Virus record (IMG/VR): IMGVR_UViG_3300011008_000010
Coordinates: 73,796-137,795 of that record
Source of the DNA: a virus
Lineage: Duplodnaviria; Caudoviricetes
Length of the DNA stretch: 64,000 nt
Reading direction: 5' to 3' (one strand)
The position numbers and the translations under genes are program-made. Below the pieces are notes generated by a model, which worked only from the letters and a program-made list of their open reading frames with translations, was not told the origin of the DNA and ran no database searches. Positions 48,282 to 59,115 of this stretch are shown here, piece by piece; position 1 is the first letter of the stretch; every line of letters starts with the position of its first letter.

Positions 48282-48878
48282 TTACCAGAAATAATTTTGG
48301 CGACCATCACCATTAAAATACACAGAAGACATATTTAAAATATCTTCCGAGACTTCTTCTTTTAAAACCGATTCGATTGCACTGTATTCTTGATCTGTAG
48401 CAGAAAAACTTATATCGGTAGATGCTTTTTTGTATGTAGTAAATTGACCTGGTGCAGATAGGACAGATGTAATACATGGTAAATTACCACCAAAGAATTT
48501 GCCGTTTAAATATCTGTTGAAAATAACAACAGCAACTTTTTGACATCCTTCAATACCGGTATTGTGTGCTTCAAGATACAAAACTTTGGCCAATAGATCT
48601 TTTTCTTCTTGGGTAATCTCTGTTATGCTCCATCTGTTCGTATAAACAGGCGAATCTTCCTGGATAATTGTTTCAACTTCAATTGGATCTGCTTCTACGC
48701 CCGTAGATTCAGGTTTATATTCATAAAGATTAGAAACATGATAATTTTCTTTTTTTTCAATTTCTTCGATATCGCTCGTGTTAACAATACTGATTTTTGT
48801 CCCGACAATAAGACAGAAGACGCATATAATTATTGTTGATATTATCTGTGAAATTGGTTTATATATCCCCTTTAGCAT
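48282..48878 (-). CDS. SleB/Hydrolase_2-like cell wall hydrolase with an N-terminal TM segment
   Basis: LLAKVLYLEA...VAVVIFNR...VLSAPGQF. Confidence 0.75.
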   Translation of the reverse strand: MLKGIYKPISQIISTIIICVFCLIVGTKISIVNTSDIEEIEKKENYHVSNLYEYKPESTGVEADPIEVETIIQEDSPVYTNRWSITEITQEEKDLLAKVLYLEAHNTGIEGCQKVAVVIFNRYLNGKFFGGNLPCITSVLSAPGQFTTYKKASTDISFSATDQEYSAIESVLKEEVSEDILNMSSVYFNGDGRQNYFW

Positions 48879-49455
48879 TATTATCTTCCTTTTCTTCCTG
48901 CTCTTTTAATTTCTTGGGCGGTCTACCCGGTCTCTTATTTTTACTTTGCTTTCTTTCTTTTTTGGGAGTTACGATTCCTAATGCTTCGGCATACTCGCGT
49001 TCTTTCTTCTTTTGTTTTCTTATCTTTTGATCCTGTTCGATTTTTATCTGATAGCACCTGATAAAAACCTTTTCGTCTTGGACAACATTTTCAAGAAAGA
49101 ACTGCTCATTGATGTGTTTTTTAGGAACCTTCCTGATTTTTATCTTCTCTACTTTGGCTCCGCTATAATATTCATTTCTTGCGGCCATCATTGTCTTGGC
49201 TATTGCTATAGCATAAGGTTCTCCGTATATTTGAGCTGCGAATGTTTTGCATAAAGACCATTCAACCCAAGGATCAATATAATAAAGCCTTCCTTTGTTT
49301 GTGATCAATTGAATATAATAGCGGTTAAGAGTCCTGTCTACTCTCGCTACAGCCCTCTTCAACTTCTCCTTTTTCTTCTTTTGAAGACGCTCCTTCTTCA
49401 CCTCCGGATCGAGCGGAGGTCTCCCCTGTTTCCTGATCGGTTCCGTCTGATCCAT
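48859..49455 (-). CDS. Basic protein with two AT-hook-like GRP motifs
   Basis: KQGRPP and RPGRPPKK. Confidence 0.55.
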   Translation of the reverse strand: MDQTEPIRKQGRPPLDPEVKKERLQKKKKEKLKRAVARVDRTLNRYYIQLITNKGRLYYIDPWVEWSLCKTFAAQIYGEPYAIAIAKTMMAARNEYYSGAKVEKIKIRKVPKKHINEQFFLENVVQDEKVFIRCYQIKIEQDQKIRKQKKKEREYAEALGIVTPKKERKQSKNKRPGRPPKKLKEQEEKEDNNAKGDI

Positions 49456-49768
49456 TTTTCACCTTGTCCATCAACTGAATGTACTTCATACGAGACATTA
49501 AAATTTGTTCAAAATTAAATTGACCGGATTGTTCTTCTGTTTCTCCGTTTTCTTTGACAAGCAAAACAGAAATTTTCATCATTGCTGTGTTTGGCGGAAT
49601 TCCAATAATAATTTCTTTCATGCCGTTCTGATCTTGATCGGGCACATTGGTTTCATCAAAAATGGATTCCGCTTCATTTACGGTATTTTCATTCATGGAT
49701 TTTCCCCCTTTAGAAATAAATAAATGATCTTGGACTATATTATATATCCCTTTAAGATGCCGCGTCAA
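49325..49768 (-). CDS. Hypothetical phage protein (true start probably the internal Met, MNENTV)
   Basis: AAGGGG upstream of the internal ATG. Confidence 0.5.
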   Translation of the reverse strand: MTRHLKGIYNIVQDHLFISKGGKSMNENTVNEAESIFDETNVPDQDQNGMKEIIIGIPPNTAMMKISVLLVKENGETEEQSGQFNFEQILMSRMKYIQLMDKVKNGSDGTDQETGETSARSGGEEGASSKEEKGEVEEGCSESRQDS

Positions 49769-52022
49769 CCATTACATTATTATCTTTCCGTAAAAAATCA
49801 TATAAGAAAGTGTTCCTATGAATTTCTTCTTTCTTTTTAATGGCTTTCCGCACCATATCCGGATTGCCCAGATGAATACAACGCTTTTTAGAACGCGTAC
49901 AGCCGACATAAAGAAGATTACTGGTCATCATATACATGTGGCTTCTTGGCGTAGCAAAAATCACTGTATCGCTTTGAGAGCCCTGAGAAGAGTGGACAGA
50001 GATAGCGTACCCAAGTTTAAGATCCGAAAAAAAGGATCTTTGATAATAAAAATATTTATCGTCAAACTTGATGATAGCATAAGTATTACTATCTCCGATC
50101 TCTAAAATTTTGCCCACATCCCCATTGCAAACAAGGTCTTCTTCGTCGGTTTGTCTTTTTGTTTCCATGTCGTATCTGGGAGTATTATAATTGTTCTTTT
50201 TTTGTATCACCAAATCTCCTTCATAAAAAGAAATTTCTCCAAATTTGATACATCTTCTGCTTCCTACGTTTTTATTTATCTCTTTTTGTATGGACTGATT
50301 GATTGCTTGCGATCCTGTTTTGCCTACATTATAAGCCGTAATGACTTGGATATCGTTCATAGCTTTCCCTGAATCAAGCAATCTCTTATACAATGTCGTA
50401 ACTTCGTCAACAATCATATCATCCGATGATACCACGAAGGAATAATCCTTGTCAGTTCCATAATTCAGTGTTTTATGAAACTCTGCGTCTTTAGGAAGAT
50501 AATTTTTGCACGTTCTAATATCTGTAGCAACTCTTGTAAGTCCGCCGTCTTGGTATCTAAATATTTTTGTAAGAGTTGTGGTTGGAATTACTTGACTATC
50601 TATCATATTATGTAAGACATTTCCCGCATCAACAGATGCAAGCTGCGCAGAATCTCCTACAAGCAAAAGTTTTGTTCTGGTGAGATCCAAGCCTTTAAGT
50701 ACATGATACATAAGGTTTACACCGATCATAGAACTTTCATCTATAATCAATACATCGTCTTTCAATTTATTGGCAGCATTAATTTCCCATCCTCTCGACG
50801 GCGTATAACCATATCCTCTATGGATTGTAGAAGCAGAACGGTGAGTATATTCTTTTAAAACTTGACTTGCTCTGGCTGTAGGGCTCATCAAAGAATAAGT
50901 TTTTCCGTTATCTTCGAGCATTTTAATAATAGCCAAACATGTGTTTGTTTTTCCAGAACCGGCAACTCCATTCAAAATACTCACATTATTTTTGCAAAGA
51001 TTGTCTAATGCATTTAACTGCTCTTTCGTAAGATTAAAATCTCCCACTGATGCATATTTGTCTACGTCAATATCCCACTTTACAGAATTATTTATGCCTT
51101 GTAATAAAGATTCCGCACAAAACTCTTCCATCTCTTTAATATATTTTGTAGAAACCAAAAGAGATTCCGCGTTATACCAAATATCCTCGCTTTTTAAGCA
51201 TTCTACAAAATGTTCCGCACACGAAGGGACTGCTTTTGCAACATCCTCTTTTAGTCTAATCAGGTCGTATCTTGTTGATCCTTCTTCGTCCGCAATGTCA
51301 GACAATCTAAATTTAATGTAAGCTAGACATCTCTGTGGACTTGTTTTAAGGTCATAGTCAAAAATGTTCTGTTCTTTTTGCATACCCAAAAGAATTTTGT
51401 CCGCTTTTGTAAAGGCTACTCCGGATAAATCGGTAAAAAATTTATACGGATCTTTCTTAAATAATTTCTTTACAGATTCGATTGAAGGATATTGTTCTCT
51501 GATCTTGGCAATGGTTTTCAAAGAAACGGCTCCACCAAAAAAAGATAGAAGATCTATATTGTCATGGTTTTCAATGATTTTCTTTTTAACGATCTCGAAT
51601 GTATATTCTTTTATACCTTTTACTTTATCAAGATCGACTTCGTTGTCTCTGCCTTGAATAATCATCTCAACGATGTCTGGATAAGCCTTAAGCAATTCAA
51701 ATGCCTGATTTTCAGTTAGAATAGACGTAAGAAACAAAATATTATTGGCTTTCTTGTCGTCCGTAGATCCAACACATTTTTTAACATCGTAAGAATAGCC
51801 ATGTTTTGTCTGTTTTTCTACTGCCGTAAAATTATAAAGAACTCCTTCTTGCAAACCGGATATATTTCCGCACACAGAGACATTACCGAACTTAGATCTT
51901 TTCAGCTTTTTCCCAAGTACCACATCTTCCGGAACATTCAGGGCATATACTGCAAATTTATCAGAATTATACACGGTTCTAATAATGTCGCCGGTAAACG
52001 TTACAACTTTTTCAGCAACCAT
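49752..52022 (-). CDS. recD2: RecD2-like SF1B helicase
   Basis: Walker A GVAGSGKT, IIDESSM, GDSAQL, FRY, YAISVHSSQGS and LYVGCTRSK. Confidence 0.88.
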   Translation of the reverse strand: MVAEKVVTFTGDIIRTVYNSDKFAVYALNVPEDVVLGKKLKRSKFGNVSVCGNISGLQEGVLYNFTAVEKQTKHGYSYDVKKCVGSTDDKKANNILFLTSILTENQAFELLKAYPDIVEMIIQGRDNEVDLDKVKGIKEYTFEIVKKKIIENHDNIDLLSFFGGAVSLKTIAKIREQYPSIESVKKLFKKDPYKFFTDLSGVAFTKADKILLGMQKEQNIFDYDLKTSPQRCLAYIKFRLSDIADEEGSTRYDLIRLKEDVAKAVPSCAEHFVECLKSEDIWYNAESLLVSTKYIKEMEEFCAESLLQGINNSVKWDIDVDKYASVGDFNLTKEQLNALDNLCKNNVSILNGVAGSGKTNTCLAIIKMLEDNGKTYSLMSPTARASQVLKEYTHRSASTIHRGYGYTPSRGWEINAANKLKDDVLIIDESSMIGVNLMYHVLKGLDLTRTKLLLVGDSAQLASVDAGNVLHNMIDSQVIPTTTLTKIFRYQDGGLTRVATDIRTCKNYLPKDAEFHKTLNYGTDKDYSFVVSSDDMIVDEVTTLYKRLLDSGKAMNDIQVITAYNVGKTGSQAINQSIQKEINKNVGSRRCIKFGEISFYEGDLVIQKKNNYNTPRYDMETKRQTDEEDLVCNGDVGKILEIGDSNTYAIIKFDDKYFYYQRSFFSDLKLGYAISVHSSQGSQSDTVIFATPRSHMYMMTSNLLYVGCTRSKKRCIHLGNPDMVRKAIKKKEEIHRNTFLYDFLRKDNNVMVDAAS

Positions 52023-52035
52023 ATAACCCTTCTTT

Positions 52036-52326
52036 CTAAATAATCTTGTTATTTGACAAAAATCTTTTTGCAGCTTTCGTATGGTAAATAGAATATAGCA
52101 ATTCGTCTCTTTCTCTTATTGCATAGTCTCTTTGTTCAAGAAGAGTATTGCTATAGCCTTTGAGTTCTTTATTATTCGTTTCCAAATGATTAATGTGATC
52201 TGCGACTGGGCCTCTGATACGATAAACATACGAATCGCCTATCTTCATAGGTGTTACGTAATCCCTGTCATCATCAATTACGTCTATATAGTATCCTTTT
52301 TCGTCGTGCTTAGTAAAAATAGCCAT
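52036..52326 (-). CDS. Hypothetical phage protein
   Basis: Translationally coupled ORF in the operon. Confidence 0.6.
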   Translation of the reverse strand: MAIFTKHDEKGYYIDVIDDDRDYVTPMKIGDSYVYRIRGPVADHINHLETNNKELKGYSNTLLEQRDYAIRERDELLYSIYHTKAAKRFLSNNKII

Positions 52327-52729
52327 TTTTTATGTTCCTTTTGGTATCGTATATATTTCCAATAATTTCTACGGACTCACATACGTCAATTCCGTCTTCC
52401 CATCTAACATATGGCGTACCCTCCCAACAATTGACTGCAAACGGCGAGAAACCCCCTCTGTCATATTTAACTATCTCTTCTACATCGTAACCAGATCCGA
52501 ATGTATTTTTTATAATATCTCCTTCAAAAATCATAGCCATACGTTTGTCTCTTATCCCTGTATATTGTCCTACAGTATCTTTGACAACTACGATATAATC
52601 TTTAACTATATTTTTATCATTGTCTATAAAACTGCCATACAACCTGTGTTCTTCGTTAATGCAAACATAATTACCGTATACCCAATTATTATCCAGAACA
52701 GATTTTCCACGAAAAAAAATACGTCTCAT
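52310..52729 (-). CDS. YopX family protein
   Basis: FRGK...WVYG...TVGQYTG..D....IFEGDI...EIIGNIYD. Confidence 0.88.
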   Translation of the reverse strand: MRRIFFRGKSVLDNNWVYGNYVCINEEHRLYGSFIDNDKNIVKDYIVVVKDTVGQYTGIRDKRMAMIFEGDIIKNTFGSGYDVEEIVKYDRGGFSPFAVNCWEGTPYVRWEDGIDVCESVEIIGNIYDTKRNIKNGYFY

Positions 52730-52740
52730 ATTATTATCTC

Positions 52741-53013
52741 CTAATCAAGCAAGGCCCTTTTGATTCTGTCGTACTTAATAGATTTCTCTAAAATAGAATT
52801 AAATTCTTCTATTTCAACGATTGTATATTCTTCCCAATCAAACTTTTTTGCGACATCTTCCCACTCTCCAGACAAATCGGGCTTGTTATCATTTGATATG
52901 GATTCAAGGAGACACATTTCTTTTTCGATTTTGTCTTTAAAAATTGGATCAATTTCATTATTCACATAAAGTTTTTTTATTTGTGTTTTTGCGAATTCAC
53001 ATATTGCCCACAT
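52741..53013 (-). CDS. Hypothetical phage protein
   Basis: GAGGG RBS; operon context. Confidence 0.6.
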   Translation of the reverse strand: MWAICEFAKTQIKKLYVNNEIDPIFKDKIEKEMCLLESISNDNKPDLSGEWEDVAKKFDWEEYTIVEIEEFNSILEKSIKYDRIKRALLD

Positions 53014-53047
53014 TTCATTTCCCTCAATTATATATTATATATCCCCT

Positions 53048-53446
53048 TTATGTCAACGTACGACTCATAATAGAGCCGTCTACGGCAATTCTTTGATATC
53101 CGTCTTCTAATTCTTTTTGCAGTTTTCTCTCTGCCTTGTCGAGAAGTTTAACTACCTGAGCTATTTGTTTTTTTGCTATGATGATTGCGGCTTCCTTCTC
53201 AGCAAACCTGATCTGGACACCAAGTTTATTTGCTTCTTTTTCCATCTGGCTTAAACCTCTTCCATACTCAATCCTATCGTATATGATCTCATTTAATTTC
53301 TCAGAAACAATTTGGGAGAAGTTATTGACTTCTTTCTTTGCTTGTTGTATCTCTCTTATACTGCTAATGAGATATTCTTGCGGCCTGTACTTTGGTTGGT
53401 ATCCCATTTCACTACCTCGCAATCGTCTCATATGCAGAGATAACAA
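53048..53446 (-). CDS. Hypothetical coiled-coil protein (start probably MGYQPK)
   Basis: GAGGT upstream of the internal ATG. Confidence 0.6.
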   Translation of the reverse strand: MLSLHMRRLRGSEMGYQPKYRPQEYLISSIREIQQAKKEVNNFSQIVSEKLNEIIYDRIEYGRGLSQMEKEANKLGVQIRFAEKEAAIIIAKKQIAQVVKLLDKAERKLQKELEDGYQRIAVDGSIMSRTLT

Positions 53447-56400
53447 GTTCCTTCTCTCCAGTTTCTACCCATTGATCACCTTGCTTACGCATCTTAGGTT
53501 TCTCCGTAAAGGCATCGATACGAAGAGTCGACCAGAGCCCGAATGGACTATTTTGGAAAATCTTGCTTGAAGCGATCTTTGTTTTTATGTCTTCCCCGGT
53601 ATTAAGACAACGCACAACAACATACGGTCTGGAAGAATTTTTATACGTCTTAAATTCTGTACACATATAATATTTAGGATCGATATTTGGATTGACGTAG
53701 TTAGCCATACCAAGGTTTTCAATCTCATACATGATCTGTGTTTTGATAGGTACGGCTTTGTCTTCTATTGTTTCCGCAATCTCTTCAAGCAAACCTACGT
53801 TGTCTATTTGCGAGTATGTTTTCTCAGTTATCTTACCGGAGTATTTCTCTACCATCTTTTCCTGCAAACCAAGAGAAGGGAGATCGGACTTCTTAATTGA
53901 TTTGCGGTTGCCAAGTTTGGCGTAAAGGTCTTTGAGTTTTAAGAGTTTGCCGTTTTTGCCGAATTCGGAAAAGAAGCCAACGATTGTGAGGATAGAAATT
54001 TGACGAGCATCAACCGATGTTTTTTCGGATATATCTTTAAGCAAACGAATAAAAGAAGAGTACTCGTTCTTCGATAGATCCCAAAATTCTTCTGCTATTT
54101 GTTCGTTGCAATACTTAATACTACTAATACCTTGATAGATACTATTTGTTTTTTTGTCCATAAAATATTCGGATTTTGACTTTCCAAATTTTACATTGTT
54201 AATAGTAATGCCCTTCTTGTTGGCAAACTTCTTTATTTCGACGCTCTTCTTTTCATCAGTATAATAAATATTCATTGCCACAGTAAGATATTCAAGTGTA
54301 TAATAGTACCTTAAATAACCACAAACATATCCAAGCAAAGCATACGGCACAGCGTGATTACGAGAAAATAAATAATTGCTTGCATCTTCTATTACACGCA
54401 AGAAATCTATAACGACCCTTTCTGCCTCTTCTTTTGTAACATTGTGCTGAGATACCATCGTTTCAATGAATCTTCTTTTGATTTCTGGTATGTGTTGCTC
54501 AGTGCCTATTTTTTTTGCAAAGCAATTATGCACAAAAAGATTATTTGCAATATAATTATGATTTGAGTCGACTTCCAAATCGTACACATTTTCTATGCCG
54601 TATTCTTCAATAGATTTAATCCTTTCTGGCATATAATCTGACATAAGCAATTGATATGTTTCTGGGCAGTATGTTCTTTCTGCAAAATATCTTGCTTTAG
54701 TATCGGTTATTTGTGCGCTAGATATTTTGACTTCAAAATCATATCCAGAGTCTTTCGCCATAGATGCTATGCTTCTATTAAAAAGTTTAGCGTTTTCAAG
54801 TATTTCATTCCTATATTTTTCTGGTATATAGTAATTATACGTTGCAACATGTCTCGAAGCGTCTATTATTCTTATATAATCATTTTGCTTTTTCCCTACA
54901 ACATATGGCAATATGCTTTTTTCAAAACGATACAAATGCTCTTTTTTAGAAATACAAACACAATAGCATAAATAATTGTACTTCTTTACCTTCTTTGAAT
55001 AAACATATGAAAATATGTCGTATTTTAGAAGCAAATATTTAATTTGTGTTGCAAGTTTTTTGCTCAGTGTATAATATTCTATTGACAACGCTTGACTATT
55101 ATATCCGCCATCGGAACTAAATAATCCGCCAATAAAATTGGAGAGCTTTTCATTTGCAGGATATGACATAATGCAATCTGGCACAGACTTGTCTGCCGAT
55201 TTATGTAACATATCCAACTTGTTTAACAAATTAAAGAGCATTTTTTTAAACGATTTTGTTTTGATTCGAACCGTATATACATAATCTACTTCAACGCCGC
55301 TTTGTTTTGATATGGAAAATTCACACTTTGTTCCATATCTAGATAGTCCAGAAACGCATTCTTTATATTTTTGTATAAGTGCTCGTTCGTGATTTACATA
55401 TGTTAAGTGTTTTGAATAATTTTTTGTATCACAAAAAGTACAGCCATCTCCAATTAAAATACCAAGCATAAACATCGTTTCGGATGCCATCCTCTGATTT
55501 GGCCTTAACCCATCGCTTATGGCATTTATTCTTTTTGGTGTCATAATACAATCACCAACGTCCAACGATGATATTGGTTTAAACCCATTTTGTGTTAAAA
55601 CTTCATGATCTTTTGTGCAAATAATGGTATTGTCGTGAGTGGTTTTAATTAACAAACACTTCTTTCTGCCATTATTATAAACATTGTTAACACGTTTGCA
55701 TTCCGAGTATCCATTTTCATTAATCGTTAATACATATTCTCCCTTTTTTACATCTTTTATTGCTTTAATGTTTCCGTTCGCCATCGTTATCATTGTATTT
55801 TCGGAAACACATCTCCTGACAACATCTGCTTCGCCTATAGAATATCCACAGAACTTATTTAAAAATTCAATGATCTGCTCCTGGTAAACGAGATAGGAAA
55901 GGGTGTCCGAAAGAAATGCATTAAGCTCTTCATTCCCATTGTCTTTAAATATCCCATGAGACAAGTTTTCTCTATACGATTCTCCTGCTGGTCTTATAGC
56001 ACCGTTTGCCATAGCCATTAATTCAATATATGAAAAATTTGGATTTACTTTTCTTATATTATTAATTGTTTCCTCAGAAAGAACTGTTTGCAAATACTTC
56101 CCAGCATATTCAGATTCAAACTGAAATATTGTTGTACAATCTTCCCTAATATCATTCCATACATTAATGTCGTCAAGTTTTGTGTTGTCTGGCGTAAGAA
56201 ACGGGAGTCCAACAAACTTACACGTTTTATCAATAAGCCCTACACAATCTAAGCCCAAGATGTCGAGCTTAACCAAATTAATAGAGTCCAGTTCCTTCAT
56301 GTTCATTTCTGTAACAGGATACGGGTCTGTTGCAGTAGTAATGGTTCCATAATGATCGTCAATTGTATGTGGTGCTACAATTAAACCAGCAGGATGACTT

Positions 56401-57875
56401 CCAATACTTACCGTTGTCCCATTTACAAGATCCACATAGTCACATAATTCAGGATATTTCTTTCTAATATATTCTGGAATAATATCGTTTCCCTTTTCGT
56501 CTTTTTCTACTGCATCGCTCAACTCTTGGGTTTGATCTGGCTTCATTCCAAGAGCACGACCGACATCTTTTATTGCGCCTTTTGTTTTTATCGTATTAAA
56601 TGTAACAATATCGCTACAATACAATCCGTCTTTATTAACTAGATATTGTCTTACTTTTTCTCTGTCTGTGTCAAACCAGTCTGAATCAATATCTGCTAAA
56701 CTAACTCTTTCTTTGTTCATAAATCTACTAAAAGACAGATTGAATTTAATACTGTCAATCTCAGTAATTCCGAGAAGATAACAAATAATACTTCCAGAAA
56801 CAGATCCTCTTGAATATCCAAAATTTACTCCGGATTTTTTCAATGCAGATTTGTAGTCTTCTTCAAGCAAAATAAAATCGATTGCATCATTATGTTTATA
56901 TGTTTCAAGTTCTTCTATGATTCTTTTTTTATATTCATCGTAGTTAGGCAATTTATCTACGCCACGACGCTTAATGCCAATTGCAATCTTTTTTTTGATT
57001 ACACTCATCGGATCTTTATATAATTTAGGATATTTATTGCTATGATCTACTTCAAATGGTTCAATCATATCAGCAATAATATTGGTATTTTCAATGGCTT
57101 GTTTAACAGCATCCATATTGATACTGCCTTGCTTTTCAAATTGGCTAACAAGTTCATTGTATGTAAGCCAAGTCAATGTCCAATGATCCTCGTCTGGAAA
57201 CGAAATGTTCTTTGCTTTCTGTAAAATTTCTCTTCCTAATGCATGTCTATCATTCAAACTATGCGTATCCGTACAGGCTACCATAGGTATGCCGGTTTTC
57301 ATATGAAGCCTGTAAAGCCACTGATTATACTCATATTGTTTTTGAACAAGGTGTGGTTGTATTTCCAGATAGCAACGATCTTTGTGTTCTGTCATAAAGT
57401 TGATAAAACTATTTACAACTTCTTTGTCATTAGAACGAAGCGGTCCTCCTAAACATGCCGAGGAACATATAATATTATCAGATGTATTATATAACTCTTC
57501 TAATGTAATCCGTGGTGCAAAATAAAAATGCCCATCTAAACGGTTGTATGCATTTGATATAAGTCTGTTCAGTTCTTTTACGCCGTCATAGTTTTTCGCC
57601 AACAAAAGACAATGATAATTGTCTCTAATTTTATTATTAAGATTTTTTGTCAAATATGCTTCGACGCCATGTATATATTTTAATCCCGCTGCTTCTATAT
57701 GCTCTTTTCTTTTCAACCATGAGAGCAAGTTTCCGTGCTCAGATATGCACAGTGCTTTCATGTCGCATTCTACAGCACGTTTAATATAATCATCGACTCC
57801 TGTTATGGAATCAATGGTGGTAGTTGCATTTGAAAGTTGTGTATGACAATGTAAAACGGTGTAGTTATCATTCAT
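53412..57875 (-). CDS. dnaE: DNA polymerase III alpha subunit (family C) with an intein
   Basis: PHP motif HCHT, SRGSVSGS, ADIDSD, HPAG, KLDILGL, YQEQ and YLFSRNHA. Confidence 0.93.
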   Translation of the reverse strand: MNDNYTVLHCHTQLSNATTTIDSITGVDDYIKRAVECDMKALCISEHGNLLSWLKRKEHIEAAGLKYIHGVEAYLTKNLNNKIRDNYHCLLLAKNYDGVKELNRLISNAYNRLDGHFYFAPRITLEELYNTSDNIICSSACLGGPLRSNDKEVVNSFINFMTEHKDRCYLEIQPHLVQKQYEYNQWLYRLHMKTGIPMVACTDTHSLNDRHALGREILQKAKNISFPDEDHWTLTWLTYNELVSQFEKQGSINMDAVKQAIENTNIIADMIEPFEVDHSNKYPKLYKDPMSVIKKKIAIGIKRRGVDKLPNYDEYKKRIIEELETYKHNDAIDFILLEEDYKSALKKSGVNFGYSRGSVSGSIICYLLGITEIDSIKFNLSFSRFMNKERVSLADIDSDWFDTDREKVRQYLVNKDGLYCSDIVTFNTIKTKGAIKDVGRALGMKPDQTQELSDAVEKDEKGNDIIPEYIRKKYPELCDYVDLVNGTTVSIGSHPAGLIVAPHTIDDHYGTITTATDPYPVTEMNMKELDSINLVKLDILGLDCVGLIDKTCKFVGLPFLTPDNTKLDDINVWNDIREDCTTIFQFESEYAGKYLQTVLSEETINNIRKVNPNFSYIELMAMANGAIRPAGESYRENLSHGIFKDNGNEELNAFLSDTLSYLVYQEQIIEFLNKFCGYSIGEADVVRRCVSENTMITMANGNIKAIKDVKKGEYVLTINENGYSECKRVNNVYNNGRKKCLLIKTTHDNTIICTKDHEVLTQNGFKPISSLDVGDCIMTPKRINAISDGLRPNQRMASETMFMLGILIGDGCTFCDTKNYSKHLTYVNHERALIQKYKECVSGLSRYGTKCEFSISKQSGVEVDYVYTVRIKTKSFKKMLFNLLNKLDMLHKSADKSVPDCIMSYPANEKLSNFIGGLFSSDGGYNSQALSIEYYTLSKKLATQIKYLLLKYDIFSYVYSKKVKKYNYLCYCVCISKKEHLYRFEKSILPYVVGKKQNDYIRIIDASRHVATYNYYIPEKYRNEILENAKLFNRSIASMAKDSGYDFEVKISSAQITDTKARYFAERTYCPETYQLLMSDYMPERIKSIEEYGIENVYDLEVDSNHNYIANNLFVHNCFAKKIGTEQHIPEIKRRFIETMVSQHNVTKEEAERVVIDFLRVIEDASNYLFSRNHAVPYALLGYVCGYLRYYYTLEYLTVAMNIYYTDEKKSVEIKKFANKKGITINNVKFGKSKSEYFMDKKTNSIYQGISSIKYCNEQIAEEFWDLSKNEYSSFIRLLKDISEKTSVDARQISILTIVGFFSEFGKNGKLLKLKDLYAKLGNRKSIKKSDLPSLGLQEKMVEKYSGKITEKTYSQIDNVGLLEEIAETIEDKAVPIKTQIMYEIENLGMANYVNPNIDPKYYMCTEFKTYKNSSRPYVVVRCLNTGEDIKTKIASSKIFQNSPFGLWSTLRIDAFTEKPKMRKQGDQWVETGEKELVISAYETIAR
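54525..55811 (-). mobile_element. 429-aa intein with a LAGLIDADG homing endonuclease
   Basis: ADVVRR|CVSENT...CTKDHEVLT...LGILIGDG...GGLFSSDG...VYDLEV...FVHN|CFAKK. Confidence 0.93.
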
Positions 57876-58933
57876 CTGTCTGTATAAAACTCTCCATATC
57901 TTTCTTTAGCCGCCTTTTCGTATGCTTTCGCTGCATCTTCCTTATTTTCATAATTTCCGATAAATTTTTTACCAATATATGCAGACCATTTTTTGTTTAC
58001 ACCATTCTTTAATGCTCGAACGCCCTTATATCCACTTGTATTTGTTTTTGGTTTTTTTGAATTCCATGCATTTTCAGCATGTGTGGCTCTTCTAAGATTC
58101 GATTTTCTGTTGTCTAACGGATTCCCATCTATATGATCCGTTACATCTTTTTCTGTCATTCCATGATGTTGCATAATAAGCTCGTGCAATGCGACCGTTT
58201 CTTTTTTGTTACCCTGTTTATTTTCATACAATTGGACCGCTCTTAGATGATCACCACTTGTTAAATACCAACAATAATCTTTGATCAAATCGTAATCTTC
58301 TTTGTCAAACCAAAATTCTTTGCCACTTGACGTATATCCAATTCCGTATTCTTTAGATATTAAATCGTATTTGTTGTACTTTTTATTAGCAATCCTTCCA
58401 TTTATTGAGGTCAACTCTTTTTGAACACATCCACACGATGTTGTATTTCCACTCTTTAAATTACTTACAACAACCTTTGTATATTTCCTGTCTTTTTCAT
58501 CTTTCTTTAACTGACAATCACATATACACAAACATAGCCTTTTACCAAACTTATTTTTCTCATTTAAAAGTTTTACAACTGTTAATCGAACAAATTTTTG
58601 TCCAACTATGTTTTCAAATCTTCTGCTATGCCCACAGCTTTTTGTTTTATTTCTCATGAGATCACTTTTCTGTACATAACGATATTCTTTTAACTCATCT
58701 GGAACAGAAGATTGACAATCGCAAATAACTTTGCAAACAAGCCTTCTCTTTTCGTCTATGTCTCCGTTATCTTCTACAACTGTCCACATAAAAAATCTTT
58801 TACCTATTAAATTGACTTCTGACGGTTTTTTGTTTTTATATTCTGGAAGCGGTTTCCCATATTTTATTTTTATTGCACCTTTTCCCACTTTATATATCTC
58901 CTTTAACCAAAAATCTATTCTGCGCTTACCCAA
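57872..58933 (-). CDS. Free-standing HNH-AP2 homing endonuclease
   Basis: Two G.KF..LTV...CDC modules, DHIDGNPLDNRKSNLR, and NTSGYKGV...AAKAY. Confidence 0.88.
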   Translation of the reverse strand: MGKRRIDFWLKEIYKVGKGAIKIKYGKPLPEYKNKKPSEVNLIGKRFFMWTVVEDNGDIDEKRRLVCKVICDCQSSVPDELKEYRYVQKSDLMRNKTKSCGHSRRFENIVGQKFVRLTVVKLLNEKNKFGKRLCLCICDCQLKKDEKDRKYTKVVVSNLKSGNTTSCGCVQKELTSINGRIANKKYNKYDLISKEYGIGYTSSGKEFWFDKEDYDLIKDYCWYLTSGDHLRAVQLYENKQGNKKETVALHELIMQHHGMTEKDVTDHIDGNPLDNRKSNLRRATHAENAWNSKKPKTNTSGYKGVRALKNGVNKKWSAYIGKKFIGNYENKEDAAKAYEKAAKERYGEFYTDR

Positions 58934-59115
58934 CAGTCAACCAAACACGCCGCCTTAATATCCTCCGGAGCAGATATGACCTTACCGCGATAAACCGAGA
59001 TTAGATCATGTGTCCTAGGATTCTGATTCTTTTCATAGACAGTTCCGCAATATTCACAAACGGCATCGCGTAATACTGCACCACAATTTTTGCAATTCAT
59101 CATAGAGAACATCAA
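58915..59115 (-). CDS. Small zinc-finger protein
   Basis: NCKNCGA...CEYCGT. Confidence 0.6.
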   Translation of the reverse strand: MMFSMMNCKNCGAVLRDAVCEYCGTVYEKNQNPRTHDLISVYRGKVISAPEDIKAACLVDCWVSAE

